Of a stretch of DNA of 64,000 nucleotides, positions 30,622-39,934 are shown one piece after another. The position numbers and the translations under genes were made by a program. The notes under the pieces are model-generated. The model saw only the letters and a program-made list of their open reading frames with translations, was not told where the DNA came from and searched no databases. The number at the start of each line of letters is the position of its first letter. Within the stretch, counting starts at the first letter, position 1. This DNA is from an uncultured Acidobacteriota bacterium (lineage in GTDB: Bacteria; Acidobacteriota; Thermoanaerobaculia; Gp7-AA8), in the NCBI GenBank assembly GCA_963741955.1, contig CAVUKB010000010.1, positions 320,001 through 384,000 on the forward strand, in the 5' to 3' direction.

Positions 30622-32739
30622 TTACCAGATCCGCACGCGGTCTGCCGGCTTGACGTAGTTCTTGTCTCCGGGTTGGACGTCGAATGCCTTGTACCACGCA
30701 TCGACGTTTCTCATAGGCGCGAACGCACGCACCTGACCCGGCGAGTGCGGGTCGGTCGCGAGCTGCTGACGGAGCGCGTCGTCGCGTGAGAGCGTTCTCC
30801 AGACCTGACCCCATCCGAGGAATACGCGCTGGTCGCCGGTGAATCCGTCGATGACCGGTGCGGGCTTCCCGTTCAGTGAGAGGTGGTACGCGTCGAGCCC
30901 GAGGAGGATTCCGCCGAGGTCCGCGATGTTCTCGCCCATGGTCTGGCCGGGGATGATGTGCATCCCGGGAAGATTGGCGAAGTCGATCGCTTCGTACTGT
31001 GCGCCGAGTTTCTTCGCCTGCGCGTCGAACTTCTCCGCGTCGTCCTTCGTCCACCAGTCGCGGAGGACGCCATTGCCGTCGGACTTCCGGCCCTGGTCGT
31101 CGAATCCGTGGGTGATCTCGTGTCCGATCACACCGCCGATCGCACCGTAGTTGACGGCCGGATCCGCCTTCGGATCGAAGAACGGCGGCTGGAGGATCGC
31201 GGCGGGAAAGACGATCTCGTTCCGGGACGAGGAGTAGTACGCGTTGACGGTCTGGGGGAACATGCCCCATTCCTGCTTGTCGACCGGCTGACCGATCCGG
31301 TTGACGTCGCGGTTCCACTCGAATTCCGCGGAGCGAAGGGTGTTGCCGACCAGGTCTCCCGATTTCACGTCGAGCTTCGAATAGTCACGCCACTTCGACG
31401 GGTAGCCGACGTTGACGGTGAAGTGCGCCAGCTTGTCGAGCGCCGCCTTCTTCGTCTCCGGGGACATCCAGGCGAGGTTTTCGATGCGGGCCTTCAGTGC
31501 GACTCGGAGGTCGGCGACCAGTTGCTCCATCTTCGCTTTCGACTCCGGCGGGAAGTAGTCGGCGACGTACGTCTTGCCGATCGCTTCGCCCATTCCGCGC
31601 TCCGCCGCGCCGACTGCGCGCTTCCAGCGCGGGCGCTGTTCCTGCGCTCCGTTGAGAAACTTCGAATGGAACTCCCAGTGCATGTCGACGAAGCGCTTCG
31701 ACAGAAGCGGTGCCGCGTCGTCTGCGATCTGGAACGCTTCCCACGCCTTCAGTGTGTCCACCGGGGTGTCGGCGAAGATCTTCGCGATCTTCGGGAAAGC
31801 AGTATTCTGACGGACGACTGCTTCCTTCGCCTTCGCAATTCCCGCCTCGTCGAAGTACTCCTTCCACGGGAATCCCGGCGCGTCCTTCTCGAGCTGCGCG
31901 AGCGTCATCGGGTTGTACGTCTTGTCGCGATCGCGGCTCTGGGCGCGGCTCCACTGTGCTTCCGCGATCTTCGTTTCCATCGCCACGATGTCGGCGGCGT
32001 TCTTCGCGGGCTGATCCCATCCGATTAGGCCGAGCATGTCGGAGACGTACTGCCGGTAGCGCTCTTTCTGCTTCTTGAAGTTGTCCTTCAGGTAGTAGTC
32101 GCGGTCGGGCAGCCCGATCCCGGACTGACCCATGTAAAGAGCGTAGACGTCGGGATGCTTCGCATCGTCGAACACGTACGAACCGAAGAATGAACGGCCG
32201 AACGAGTGATTCGAATCCGCCATCACCTTCGCGATGTCTTCGCGGGAGTTCGCGTTCTTCACCGCGTCGAGGTAGGGCTGGATCGGCTTGGCATCCAGCT
32301 CGTCGGCCTTCTTCTCGTCGAGATAGGTGTTGTAGAGCGTCGCGACCTTCCACTCCTCCGATCCCGGCTTCAGGCTCTTATCCGCAGCCCAGGTGTCGAG
32401 GATCTTCCGCACGCGGGCCTCGGAGAGGTCGCGCAGGAGGTCGAACGCGCCGAAGCGGGTCTTGTCCGGCGGGATCTGGGTGTTCTTCGCCCACGTCCCA
32501 TTCACGTAGTCGAAGAAATCATCGCCAGGCTTGACCGACGTGTCCATTCCGGAGAGATCGACGCCCCACGTGCCGTACCGCTTGGCCGTGGTGATGTCGC
32601 TCGTCGCCGGAGTCGACGGCGCTTCGGTGGCCGACTGAAGCCGGGCCGCGCCGTCTTGTTCGCCCGCGCGTGCCGCCGTGCTGAAGAGCGGCAGGATTGC
32701 GAGCAGCGAGATACAGACAACAGAGATCCTTGAGTTCAT
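30622..32739 (-). CDS. pepO: M13 family metallopeptidase (PepO/neprilysin-like), exported
   Basis: PGDDFFDYVNG.W, VNAYY, FPAAILQPPFF, IGHEITHGFD, GENIAD.GG, DPHSP; signal peptide from the ATG at 32739. Confidence 0.95.
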   Translation of the reverse strand: MNSRISVVCISLLAILPLFSTAARAGEQDGAARLQSATEAPSTPATSDITTAKRYGTWGVDLSGMDTSVKPGDDFFDYVNGTWAKNTQIPPDKTRFGAFDLLRDLSEARVRKILDTWAADKSLKPGSEEWKVATLYNTYLDEKKADELDAKPIQPYLDAVKNANSREDIAKVMADSNHSFGRSFFGSYVFDDAKHPDVYALYMGQSGIGLPDRDYYLKDNFKKQKERYRQYVSDMLGLIGWDQPAKNAADIVAMETKIAEAQWSRAQSRDRDKTYNPMTLAQLEKDAPGFPWKEYFDEAGIAKAKEAVVRQNTAFPKIAKIFADTPVDTLKAWEAFQIADDAAPLLSKRFVDMHWEFHSKFLNGAQEQRPRWKRAVGAAERGMGEAIGKTYVADYFPPESKAKMEQLVADLRVALKARIENLAWMSPETKKAALDKLAHFTVNVGYPSKWRDYSKLDVKSGDLVGNTLRSAEFEWNRDVNRIGQPVDKQEWGMFPQTVNAYYSSSRNEIVFPAAILQPPFFDPKADPAVNYGAIGGVIGHEITHGFDDQGRKSDGNGVLRDWWTKDDAEKFDAQAKKLGAQYEAIDFANLPGMHIIPGQTMGENIADLGGILLGLDAYHLSLNGKPAPVIDGFTGDQRVFLGWGQVWRTLSRDDALRQQLATDPHSPGQVRAFAPMRNVDAWYKAFDVQPGDKNYVKPADRVRIW

Positions 32740-33068
32740 CGAGATGTGTCCTCTCGTGTTTTTGCTCCCGCCGTGGCGGGGCAGCAGACTCGTGAAAACG
32801 AAATCAGGGCGAGAGAATATTCGCCGTCGCTCGGTGAGCGATGCTCTTTGCCCTGCTCGGAACCGCATTGCAGCGTCTATTCTGGATCTGCAGGAGGGGT
32901 CGGCGGCGGCTGGTACGGGCCGCCGCTCGATAGTTTGCAGAACCGTAACCAGCCCAGCCGTATCGGCCGACGTCCGTCAGCAGCTTTCAGGAATCCGCGG
33001 CGGGAACTTCTCTTGCAACAGCAGGCGGGACGATTCGTCATTCCGGGCGAGAGTCGTCGAGAGAAGCC

Positions 33069-34274
33069 ATGACGATCACCTGCGCCGACTGCGGCAGCAC
33101 GCAGACCATCCCCGTCCTTCCGCCACGCGGAATCGCGGAGTGCCACCGTTGCGACCGGATGCTCGACCGCCGCTCGTGGACGCGCTTCGACGTGACCTTC
33201 TTCGCTGCGGCCGGAATGCTCATTCTTCTTTTTCCCGCGATGTTCCTCCCGTTCCTCCAATCGACCATCAAGCACCTGGTTTTTCAGGAGAGCCGGCTCA
33301 TCTCCAGCGTTCCGGTGATTTACCGCGAGGTCTGGCTTCCCTTCGCTCTCGGATTTCTCTTTTTCGCGTTCGTCTTCCCGGCGATCCGCGCGATCCTGCT
33401 CCTGGTCGTCCTCGGTGCGATCCGGTTGCACAAGCGCCCGCGCGAGATCGGACGGTTCTTCCGCTGGCAACAGGAACTTCGGATCTGGAGCATGACCGAA
33501 GTGGTCGTGGTGGCAGGTGTGCTGACGTACTTCCGTGCCGCGGTCCCCGCGCAGGTGAGCATTCGCTCCGGGGCGTGGTGCTATCTCGCCGTGGCGGTGC
33601 TGTATTGGGTGAGCGACTGGTTTCTCGACCGGCGCGGAACGTGGAACGCGATTCTGCCGGACCGCGAGGCACCGCCGCGTCCCGGCCTCGTCTCGTGCGG
33701 TGTCTGTGAGATGACCATGGACTGGCGCCGCTCGGGAGATCCATGTCCGCGATGTGGTGCGAGACTCGACCGCGACCTCACCCGGACCTTTCCCGCGCTG
33801 CTCGCGCTCTTCGCGGCGACCATCCCGCTGATCCCTCTCGCCTACTCATATTCCGTGATCGTGAACGAGCAGTTGACCGGAGTATGGGAGTACACCGTGC
33901 TCGGAACCATTCAGCTGCTCGCGGATCGGGGGCAGTGGCAGTTCGGCGTGGTGGTGCTCGTCGCCGGAGTGCTCATCCCGTTCCTCGCGCTCTTCGCGCT
34001 CCTGTGGCTGCTGACGAGGATCTATCTGCCGAGCCGGCGCGGACTGGTGTTCGAGACGCGCCTCTACCGACTGCTCCACCGGCTGGTGCGGTGGCCGATG
34101 ATCATTCCCTTCATCGCCGCGATCGCGGCGCCGATCGTGAACTATCCGGGCATCGACGACATCTTCGCCGGACCGGGGGCGACGCCGTTCTTCGGTCTCG
34201 TGGTTCTGATCATGCTGGCCATCCGGATCTTCGAGCCGAGGCTGATGTGGCGGGAAGTAGGGGAGGCGCGGTGA
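33069..34274 (+). CDS. pqiA: Paraquat-inducible protein A
   Basis: Two CxxC..CxxC motifs plus two PqiA membrane domains (WSMTEV); heads a three-gene operon. Confidence 0.85.
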   Translation: MTITCADCGSTQTIPVLPPRGIAECHRCDRMLDRRSWTRFDVTFFAAAGMLILLFPAMFLPFLQSTIKHLVFQESRLISSVPVIYREVWLPFALGFLFFAFVFPAIRAILLLVVLGAIRLHKRPREIGRFFRWQQELRIWSMTEVVVVAGVLTYFRAAVPAQVSIRSGAWCYLAVAVLYWVSDWFLDRRGTWNAILPDREAPPRPGLVSCGVCEMTMDWRRSGDPCPRCGARLDRDLTRTFPALLALFAATIPLIPLAYSYSVIVNEQLTGVWEYTVLGTIQLLADRGQWQFGVVVLVAGVLIPFLALFALLWLLTRIYLPSRRGLVFETRLYRLLHRLVRWPMIIPFIAAIAAPIVNYPGIDDIFAGPGATPFFGLVVLIMLAIRIFEPRLMWREVGEAR

Positions 34275-35953
34275 GTGACGAACGGGACGATCGCAACGAC
34301 GTGACGCCGAAGGAGGAGACGCCGCGCGCGCACGTGCACACCTCGGAGTGGTCGCCGTGGATCTGGGTCGTCCCAGTGGTGGCGCTCGTCCTCGTAGGGT
34401 GGCTGGTGATCCGCTATGGCTTCTTCGGCGGTGCGGACGTCACGGTCCGTTTCTCGGAGGCGCGCGGACTGGAGCGGTACAGCCCGGTGAAGTACCGCGG
34501 CGCGAAGGTCGGAACGGTGGAGAGGATCACCGTCGATCCCCGGAAACGTCAGGTGCTGGTGCAGATCCGGATGGATTCGTCGATGAGCTACGCACTCCGC
34601 GAGCAGACGAAGTTCTGGATCGTCGAGCCCACACTTCAGGGAGGCGGACTCGGAAGTCTGATTGCAGGAACATACGTCGGAATCGCTCCCGGAGACGGGA
34701 AACGACTCAGCGAATTCGAGGGTCAGGAGTATCCGCCGGTTCTCGCGGCGCCGGAGCCGGGGAAGACCGTGATCCTCGAGACGCCGCACATCGGTGCGAT
34801 CGCGATCGGGTCGCCGGTGATGTTCGAGGGGATGACGGTCGGACGCGTCCTCGGATCGGAGTACGATCCGCAGCATCGCGAGACCTCGATCCATGCCTTC
34901 GTAGCGAAACAGTATGCGGATTTCGTACGGCAGGGATCGCGCTTCTGGCGCGAAGGCGGGCTGTCGATCTCGCTGACCGGCGGAAAGATCTCGACTGGTG
35001 AGTCATCTCTTTCTACGATCCTGAATCCCGGGATCTCCTTCTATACGCCGGAGATTCTTTCCGGCGCTCCGGTGGCGGAGGGGACGCATTTCGACCTCTA
35101 TGAATCGAAGGACGAGGCGACTGCTGCCGCGGATGGACCACATCTGACGTACCTGACGTATCTTCCCGGTCCGGTGCAGGGACTCTCTCCCGGGACTCCG
35201 GTGCAGATGAAGGGCATCGAGGTCGGATTCGTACGCGATGTTCACCTCCGCTACGTTCCGAGCTCGGCGACACTCGAGACTCCGGTGACGCTGGAGATCG
35301 ACCCGCGGCTTCTGGAGCTCGACATCCCTCCGCCGCTCACCAGGCAAGCTCTCCGCGCGAGCATGAACGACGCTCTCGCCGCGCTGGTGCGGAAGGGAAT
35401 GCGCGCGACACTCTCCACGAGTCTGATCCTTCCGGGAGCGGGTGCGGTCTCACTGGAGATGACCGCGCGGCCCGGAACCGGGAGACTGATCGTGAGCCAC
35501 GATCCGCCGATCATTCCGGCCGCGGAAGGCGGAAACGGGCTTCAGGGCGCGCTCGCGTCTCTCAATGACATCGCGAGCCGGATCAAGGCGCTTCCGATCG
35601 AACAGATTGCGGGGAACCTGCGGAGCACCACGGCGAGGGTCAACCAGCTGGTGCACGACAAACGCCTCGAGGAGAGTCTGACCAATCTGAACAAGGCGAT
35701 GAGCGACGTTCAGAAGATCACGTCCTCGGCCAGTGCCAGCGCACCTCAGATGATCTCCAGTCTCCAGAGCGCTGCAACGTCGGCGGAGGAGGCCGCGGCA
35801 CGATTGAATCAGCTCATCGGGAGCGCGCCACGTCAGAACTACGAGCTTGGTACGCTGGTCGAGGAACTGACGCGCGCCGCGGAATCGGTCCGCGCGCTCG
35901 CTCAATACCTCACCGAGAATCCCGATTCATTACTCAAGGGGAGGCGCAAGTGA
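34271..35953 (+). CDS. pqiB: PqiB/MCE-domain intermembrane transport protein
   Basis: GTGA overlap; WIWVVPVVA; three MCE units (VKYRGAKVGTV, GSPVMFEG..VG, GTPVQMKGIEVG); helical tail ending L..NPDSLL.G. Confidence 0.9.
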   Translation: MSDERDDRNDVTPKEETPRAHVHTSEWSPWIWVVPVVALVLVGWLVIRYGFFGGADVTVRFSEARGLERYSPVKYRGAKVGTVERITVDPRKRQVLVQIRMDSSMSYALREQTKFWIVEPTLQGGGLGSLIAGTYVGIAPGDGKRLSEFEGQEYPPVLAAPEPGKTVILETPHIGAIAIGSPVMFEGMTVGRVLGSEYDPQHRETSIHAFVAKQYADFVRQGSRFWREGGLSISLTGGKISTGESSLSTILNPGISFYTPEILSGAPVAEGTHFDLYESKDEATAAADGPHLTYLTYLPGPVQGLSPGTPVQMKGIEVGFVRDVHLRYVPSSATLETPVTLEIDPRLLELDIPPPLTRQALRASMNDALAALVRKGMRATLSTSLILPGAGAVSLEMTARPGTGRLIVSHDPPIIPAAEGGNGLQGALASLNDIASRIKALPIEQIAGNLRSTTARVNQLVHDKRLEESLTNLNKAMSDVQKITSSASASAPQMISSLQSAATSAEEAAARLNQLIGSAPRQNYELGTLVEELTRAAESVRALAQYLTENPDSLLKGRRK

Positions 35954-36558
35954 GATCTGTTCGGCCGCTTCCGCTGATCCTGCTGACTCTCCTCGGCGGA
36001 TGCTCGATCTTCTCCCGTCCGAAAAATCAGTTCTATCAGCTGGAGATCATTCCGCCGGCAGGAGCGGTCGCCGGCGTTTCGGGTCTTCCAGTCGGCGTCG
36101 ATCCGATCGAGCTTCCTCCGGAGATCGTGCGGAACGGCATCGTCGTCGAACAGAAAGACCAGAAGCTCGACGTACGCGGGACGGAACAGTGGGGCGCTCC
36201 GTTCCAGGAGATGTTTACGCACGCCATCGCCTTCGATCTGGCTGCGCGGCTCCCGGAGGGGATGGTCGTACTTCCCGGACAAGTCAAGCCGCCGTCCGGC
36301 TCGATGCGACCGATCGGTCTGAACGTCGCGAGGTTTGCGGCGGGTCCCGGGCCGGTGGTCGTGCTCGATGCACACTGGATTCTCGGCGGCGTCAGTCACC
36401 ATGAAACGATCCGCGTGGCGCTTCAATCCCTCGACACGCCCGACGTCGTATCCGGCATGAGCCGAGCAGTCGGCGAGCTCGCCGACAGCATCGCGGCGGG
36501 ACTCGCACGAGACATGGCCACGCGCCCGCTCGCACTCGCACCACACCAAGTGCCGTAG
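35950..36558 (+). CDS. pqiC: PqiC family lipoprotein
   Basis: Lipobox LLGGC; FYQL; ELP; QWGAP; VVLDAHW. Confidence 0.85.
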   Translation: MRSVRPLPLILLTLLGGCSIFSRPKNQFYQLEIIPPAGAVAGVSGLPVGVDPIELPPEIVRNGIVVEQKDQKLDVRGTEQWGAPFQEMFTHAIAFDLAARLPEGMVVLPGQVKPPSGSMRPIGLNVARFAAGPGPVVVLDAHWILGGVSHHETIRVALQSLDTPDVVSGMSRAVGELADSIAAGLARDMATRPLALAPHQVP

Positions 36559-36610
36559 GCGCGATTGACAATAGCCCCGGGTGAAGGCGCGAAGCGCCGG
36601 AAGCACGAGG
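36549..36610. repeat. REP-like element, copy 1
   Basis: AGTGCCGTAGGCGCGATTGACAATAGCCCCGGGTGAAGGCGCGAAGCGCCGGAA; similar to 37598-37658. Confidence 0.6.
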
Positions 36611-36662
36611 CGAGATCCGAACGACCGTGGGATGCTCACACACTCGCCGGGTCGGGGGGCGG

Positions 36663-36733
36663 TCCCCTCTCCCCGTCCGTATTCACGAACTTCAGCCGAC
36701 ATCCCCATTCGGGGAGAGGGTGAGGGTGAGGGG
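36663..36733. repeat. BoxC/REP-like palindrome; inverted solo copy of half of the 327-bp array unit
   Basis: CCCCTCTCCCCGTCCG..CACGAACTTCAGCCG..TTCGGGGAGAGGGTGAGGGTGAGGGG is close to the reverse complement of the first half of the array unit at 59749-61272. Confidence 0.7.
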
Positions 36734-36989
36734 CGACACCGAAACTCGAATTCAGAAGTCGTGCAGAATCGCCTCGTCGCAATTCGCGAAACACGTGCAG
36801 TTAACTCACCCACGAAGCGCGCCTCCATCCCACTCGCGCCGCCCTCAGTGCCGGAGGCACGAGGCGAGTTCCGAACGATCGAGGGATGTCCAGTGGTCAC
36901 CACCTCTTCGACGCAAGTGTCATCGAGGTCGACCGTGCGCGCGACGAAACGCCGCGCAGCCTCCGCCACCGGTGGAAGTCCGCTCCGGT

Positions 36990-37222
36990 TTACGCTTCTT
37001 CGTATGCGCGGAGAAACTTGTCTCGTTCGACCTTCGCCTGTCGACAGATCGTGCGCAGCGTCGAACCCCCGGATGATTCGGCATGGTGAGCGACGTGGCC
37101 GTGCCGTCCTCGTTTCGGCGTTGCATCGAGATATGCTCCCGTTCGCGCACGGTCACGAATCCGAGCTGCGTCAGTGCGCGTATGACCCGCGACTTCGGCG
37201 CGCCGGTCGGGAATTTCGGCAT
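36990..37222 (-). pseudogene. hicA: HicA-family toxin, frameshifted
   Basis: MPKFP..VIRALTQLGF..VREREHISM..LTMPNHP, then a frame change near 37068 to GSTLRTICRQA..DKFLRAYEEA*. Confidence 0.75.
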
Positions 37223-37446
37223 CAGTTCACGTTGGCTTCTGCGACGAATGCCTCGAGCACGGGCGAGTCATCGTCGTCGAGAACGTCGGAACCGAACGTC
37301 TCCACGTGAAAGCGAATGGCCGACTTCACGTCGGTCAGCGCCTCCTCGTAGCTGTCGCCTTCCCCGATCACGACGCCCTTCAGCCCTACGGGATACGCCA
37401 CATAGCCATCAGCGTGCTTCTCGACGATGATCTCGATCTGTTTCAT
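37222..37446 (-). CDS. hicB: HicB-family antitoxin
   Basis: IIVEKHADGYVAY..GL.G..GEGDSYEEAL..VKSAI.FH; TGATG-coupled to hicA. Confidence 0.85.
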   Translation of the reverse strand: MKQIEIIVEKHADGYVAYPVGLKGVVIGEGDSYEEALTDVKSAIRFHVETFGSDVLDDDDSPVLEAFVAEANVN

Positions 37447-37597
37447 GACTCCTCGATTCTAGACCGAAGTTCCTCCGGAGAGCCAACGGGCGGAAAGAGA
37501 AGCGGATAGGACGAGCGGTTTGTTCCCCGCAGCTTCGTTCGGGCAGGCAATTCGGGCTACGCGTCCACGCTCCGCCTCTTCACCAGCTGCCGCCCCC

Positions 37598-37658
37598 AGT
37601 GCCGAAGGTACGACAGACAATAGCCCAGGGTGAAGGCGCTCCGCGCCGGAACCCGGGG
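37598..37658. repeat. REP-like element, copy 2
   Basis: AGTGCCGAAGGTACGACAGACAATAGCCCAGGGTGAAGGCGCTCCGCGCCGGAACCCGGGG. Confidence 0.6.
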
Positions 37659-37764
37659 ATCGCGCGCGATGCGCAAATTCATGTTGCCGTGACCAACATC
37701 CAGGCGGGCTCGACGCGTGCCCGCCGGACCGAAGCCCTCGCGCCAACGAAACGTTCCGTCCTGT

Positions 37765-38184
37765 TCGCGACCGTCGTCGTGTCGATCTCGTCCATCGGAT
37801 CGTACGTCCAGTGCCACGTCGCGCCATCCGCACGGATCTCCTCGAAGAGGTTCCCGTGCTCGTCGTAGTGATACGTCGTCACATTTCCTCGGGCGTCTTC
37901 GAGCGTCTCCAGACGGTCCGCGTCGTCGTACGTGTACGTCGTGACCGCTCCCTCCGCGTCCGTTTCCTTGACGCGGTTCCCTCGGAGATCATAGTCGCTC
38001 TTCGTCTCCCGCCCCTCCGGGTCCGTCTTCTTGACGAGATGCCCGCGCGTGTCATACAGGAAGATGGTGACGAGCGGCCGGTCCGGATCGCTCATGTCGA
38101 TCGACATCGCCAGCCGGTTCTGCGCGTCGTACTCGAAGCGCGTGAGGTAAGTGTCGGTGGTTCCGTCAGGCCGCTTCTCAATGC
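37765..38184 (-). pseudogene. Rhs/YD-repeat fragment 1
   Basis: FEYDAQNRL..YDTRGHL..TDPEG..YDLRGNR..YDDADRL..YDEHGNL; largely matches 42700-42965. Confidence 0.8.
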
Positions 38185-38273
38185 AGCCCTCGATCGTCCG
38201 CCTTTTCGCGCTCCGCGACACAGCGCCTTTGCGCCCGACCGATCGCGATTGGATTCACAATGAGGGTCGGATG

Positions 38274-38669
38274 TCATCCTGGCAGCAGAAGGAGGAATAT
38301 GTCGACTCCGATCAGGGTAAGCAAGAGTGCTGATCCGAGAACCCGGAGCAATATCCTCTTGACGGAGATCGCTTTCGACGAGATCGTCGGGGCAATCCAG
38401 AGAGCCACGAGATAAGTAACCATTGTTGCGAGCCAGATGACATATATGGTTCCTCCACGTGACAGCAGGCCGGAATCCGTAACAGCAGGACCTGGGATGT
38501 GTTCACTGATTCGGCCCGCGGATGTCGTGTCGGAGAGTCCCCAGTTGTCCACGATGATCAGGCTGGTCATGACCGCGCAGATATTGCGACTCCATGCGCG
38601 AAATGTCGACCTGCGGCCAGTTCTAGGCGACCCAATAATCCAGTTCGTGACGTTCGACAATCGTCGCAT
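38274..38669 (-). CDS. Small hypothetical membrane protein (candidate orphan immunity protein)
   Basis: Visibly more AT-rich ORF with hydrophobic helices, lying between Rhs fragments. Confidence 0.4.
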   Translation of the reverse strand: MRRLSNVTNWIIGSPRTGRRSTFRAWSRNICAVMTSLIIVDNWGLSDTTSAGRISEHIPGPAVTDSGLLSRGGTIYVIWLATMVTYLVALWIAPTISSKAISVKRILLRVLGSALLLTLIGVDIFLLLLPG

Positions 38670-38927
38670 GTCGGCAGGTCCTCAGTATCCCAAGATCGAC
38701 CTATTGATGGTGCGGAACTTTGAGGGTCAGGGCTTCGCTTGTCGGTCCTCTCTTCTAAGTCTTTGTCACGGCGTTACTTCGTCGGCCTCCGTTGATGCAC
38801 GATATTCTACGACACCCGCTGCCGGATCACCGCGTTACACCTCCGAGCAGGGCCTGGTTAGTCGGCGCCGATTCCACGAGGAGTAGAACCCTCGGTATTT
38901 CGCGAAATCCGACGTACTCTCGATCGC

Positions 38928-39071
38928 ATCGCACGACCACTTCGTCTCGAGTTCCGAGGCGCCGTCTTCCACGTGACCTCCCGAGGCGGCGAACGGAAGA
39001 GGATCTTTCGCTCGGATGCGGAGATGCGCCTCGACTCCCGCCTCATCGCCTCCGAAGCGCGACGTCGATGA
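38928..39071 (+). pseudogene. N-terminal remnant of a REP-associated tyrosine transposase (RAYT, Y1/IS200-like)
   Basis: Translates IARPLRLEFRGAVFHVTSRGGERKRIFRSD, matching the typical RAYT start MARPLRxEFPGAxYHVTSRGN. Start codon lost (ATC) and early stop. Confidence 0.7.
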
Positions 39072-39380
39072 CGCGATTACCGATTCCGAACGGCCGAAGC
39101 GAGATGATTGCCTGCGACCGCGGGGATTTCGTCTGTTCCGCCCACAGTCCGTCTCGATCTTCGCCGGCAGAACCGAAAACCAACTGCCCCCTTTCCCTCT
39201 GGGTCTCGCCGTGAGAAGCGCGATCGGGGTCTGGCTGCCGAACACCGTCCGCTGGACCGGTCGATGTCGACGCTAAGTGACAGAGTGGGAGAGACTTATG
39301 CTGAGTTACCGACACGCGAAGCTCTGACCCCACTCTTCCCAACGGAGAATCGAAGGCCTGGCCCCGATCTTCCCGATCTC

Positions 39381-39473
39381 GAGATGCCCGCGCGTGTCGT
39401 ACTTGAAGGTGGTGATGAGCGGCCGATCCGGATCGCTCATGTCGATCGACATCGCCAGCCGGTTCTGCGCGTC
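39381..39473 (-). pseudogene. Rhs/YD-repeat fragment 2
   Basis: DAQNRLAMSIDMSDPDRPLITTFKYDTRGHL; near-identical to segments of fragments 1 and 3. Confidence 0.75.
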
Positions 39474-39934
39474 TCACTCGAGGAATGGCGCGACTGCCAG
39501 CCGCCGGTAAGTCGTCTCCACGCAAGGCGTTGCGGGCATCGACCGAGAAGCGAAGGCCTGGCCCTCTTTCCCCCGTCTTTGCGACCCTCTCGGCCCGTTC
39601 GTCGCCCCGATTGCGGCGACGTCACCCTGCGCAGCTAATCCGAAATCGCGCGGAAATCGAATCGAACCAGGCCTTTGCCCGCGGGTTCCACCGCGATCTC
39701 CAAGGTATCGGTCTCGAGCAACCTGCCTGCACCGGGAAAGGTTGCGGAAACGCGGTATTGGCCGATTTGACGATACGAGAAGCACACCGCCCCTGAAGGC
39801 AACCTGTCAATGCTGCCCGTATCCGGCTGAACCACCCACCCCGTGTATGGATGTCCGGATATATCCTGTCGTTCGCTGGGCTTCACCTTCAAACGGCAAA
39901 CAGCCTTTTCCGACTCGCTCGCCGAAACCAGGTG

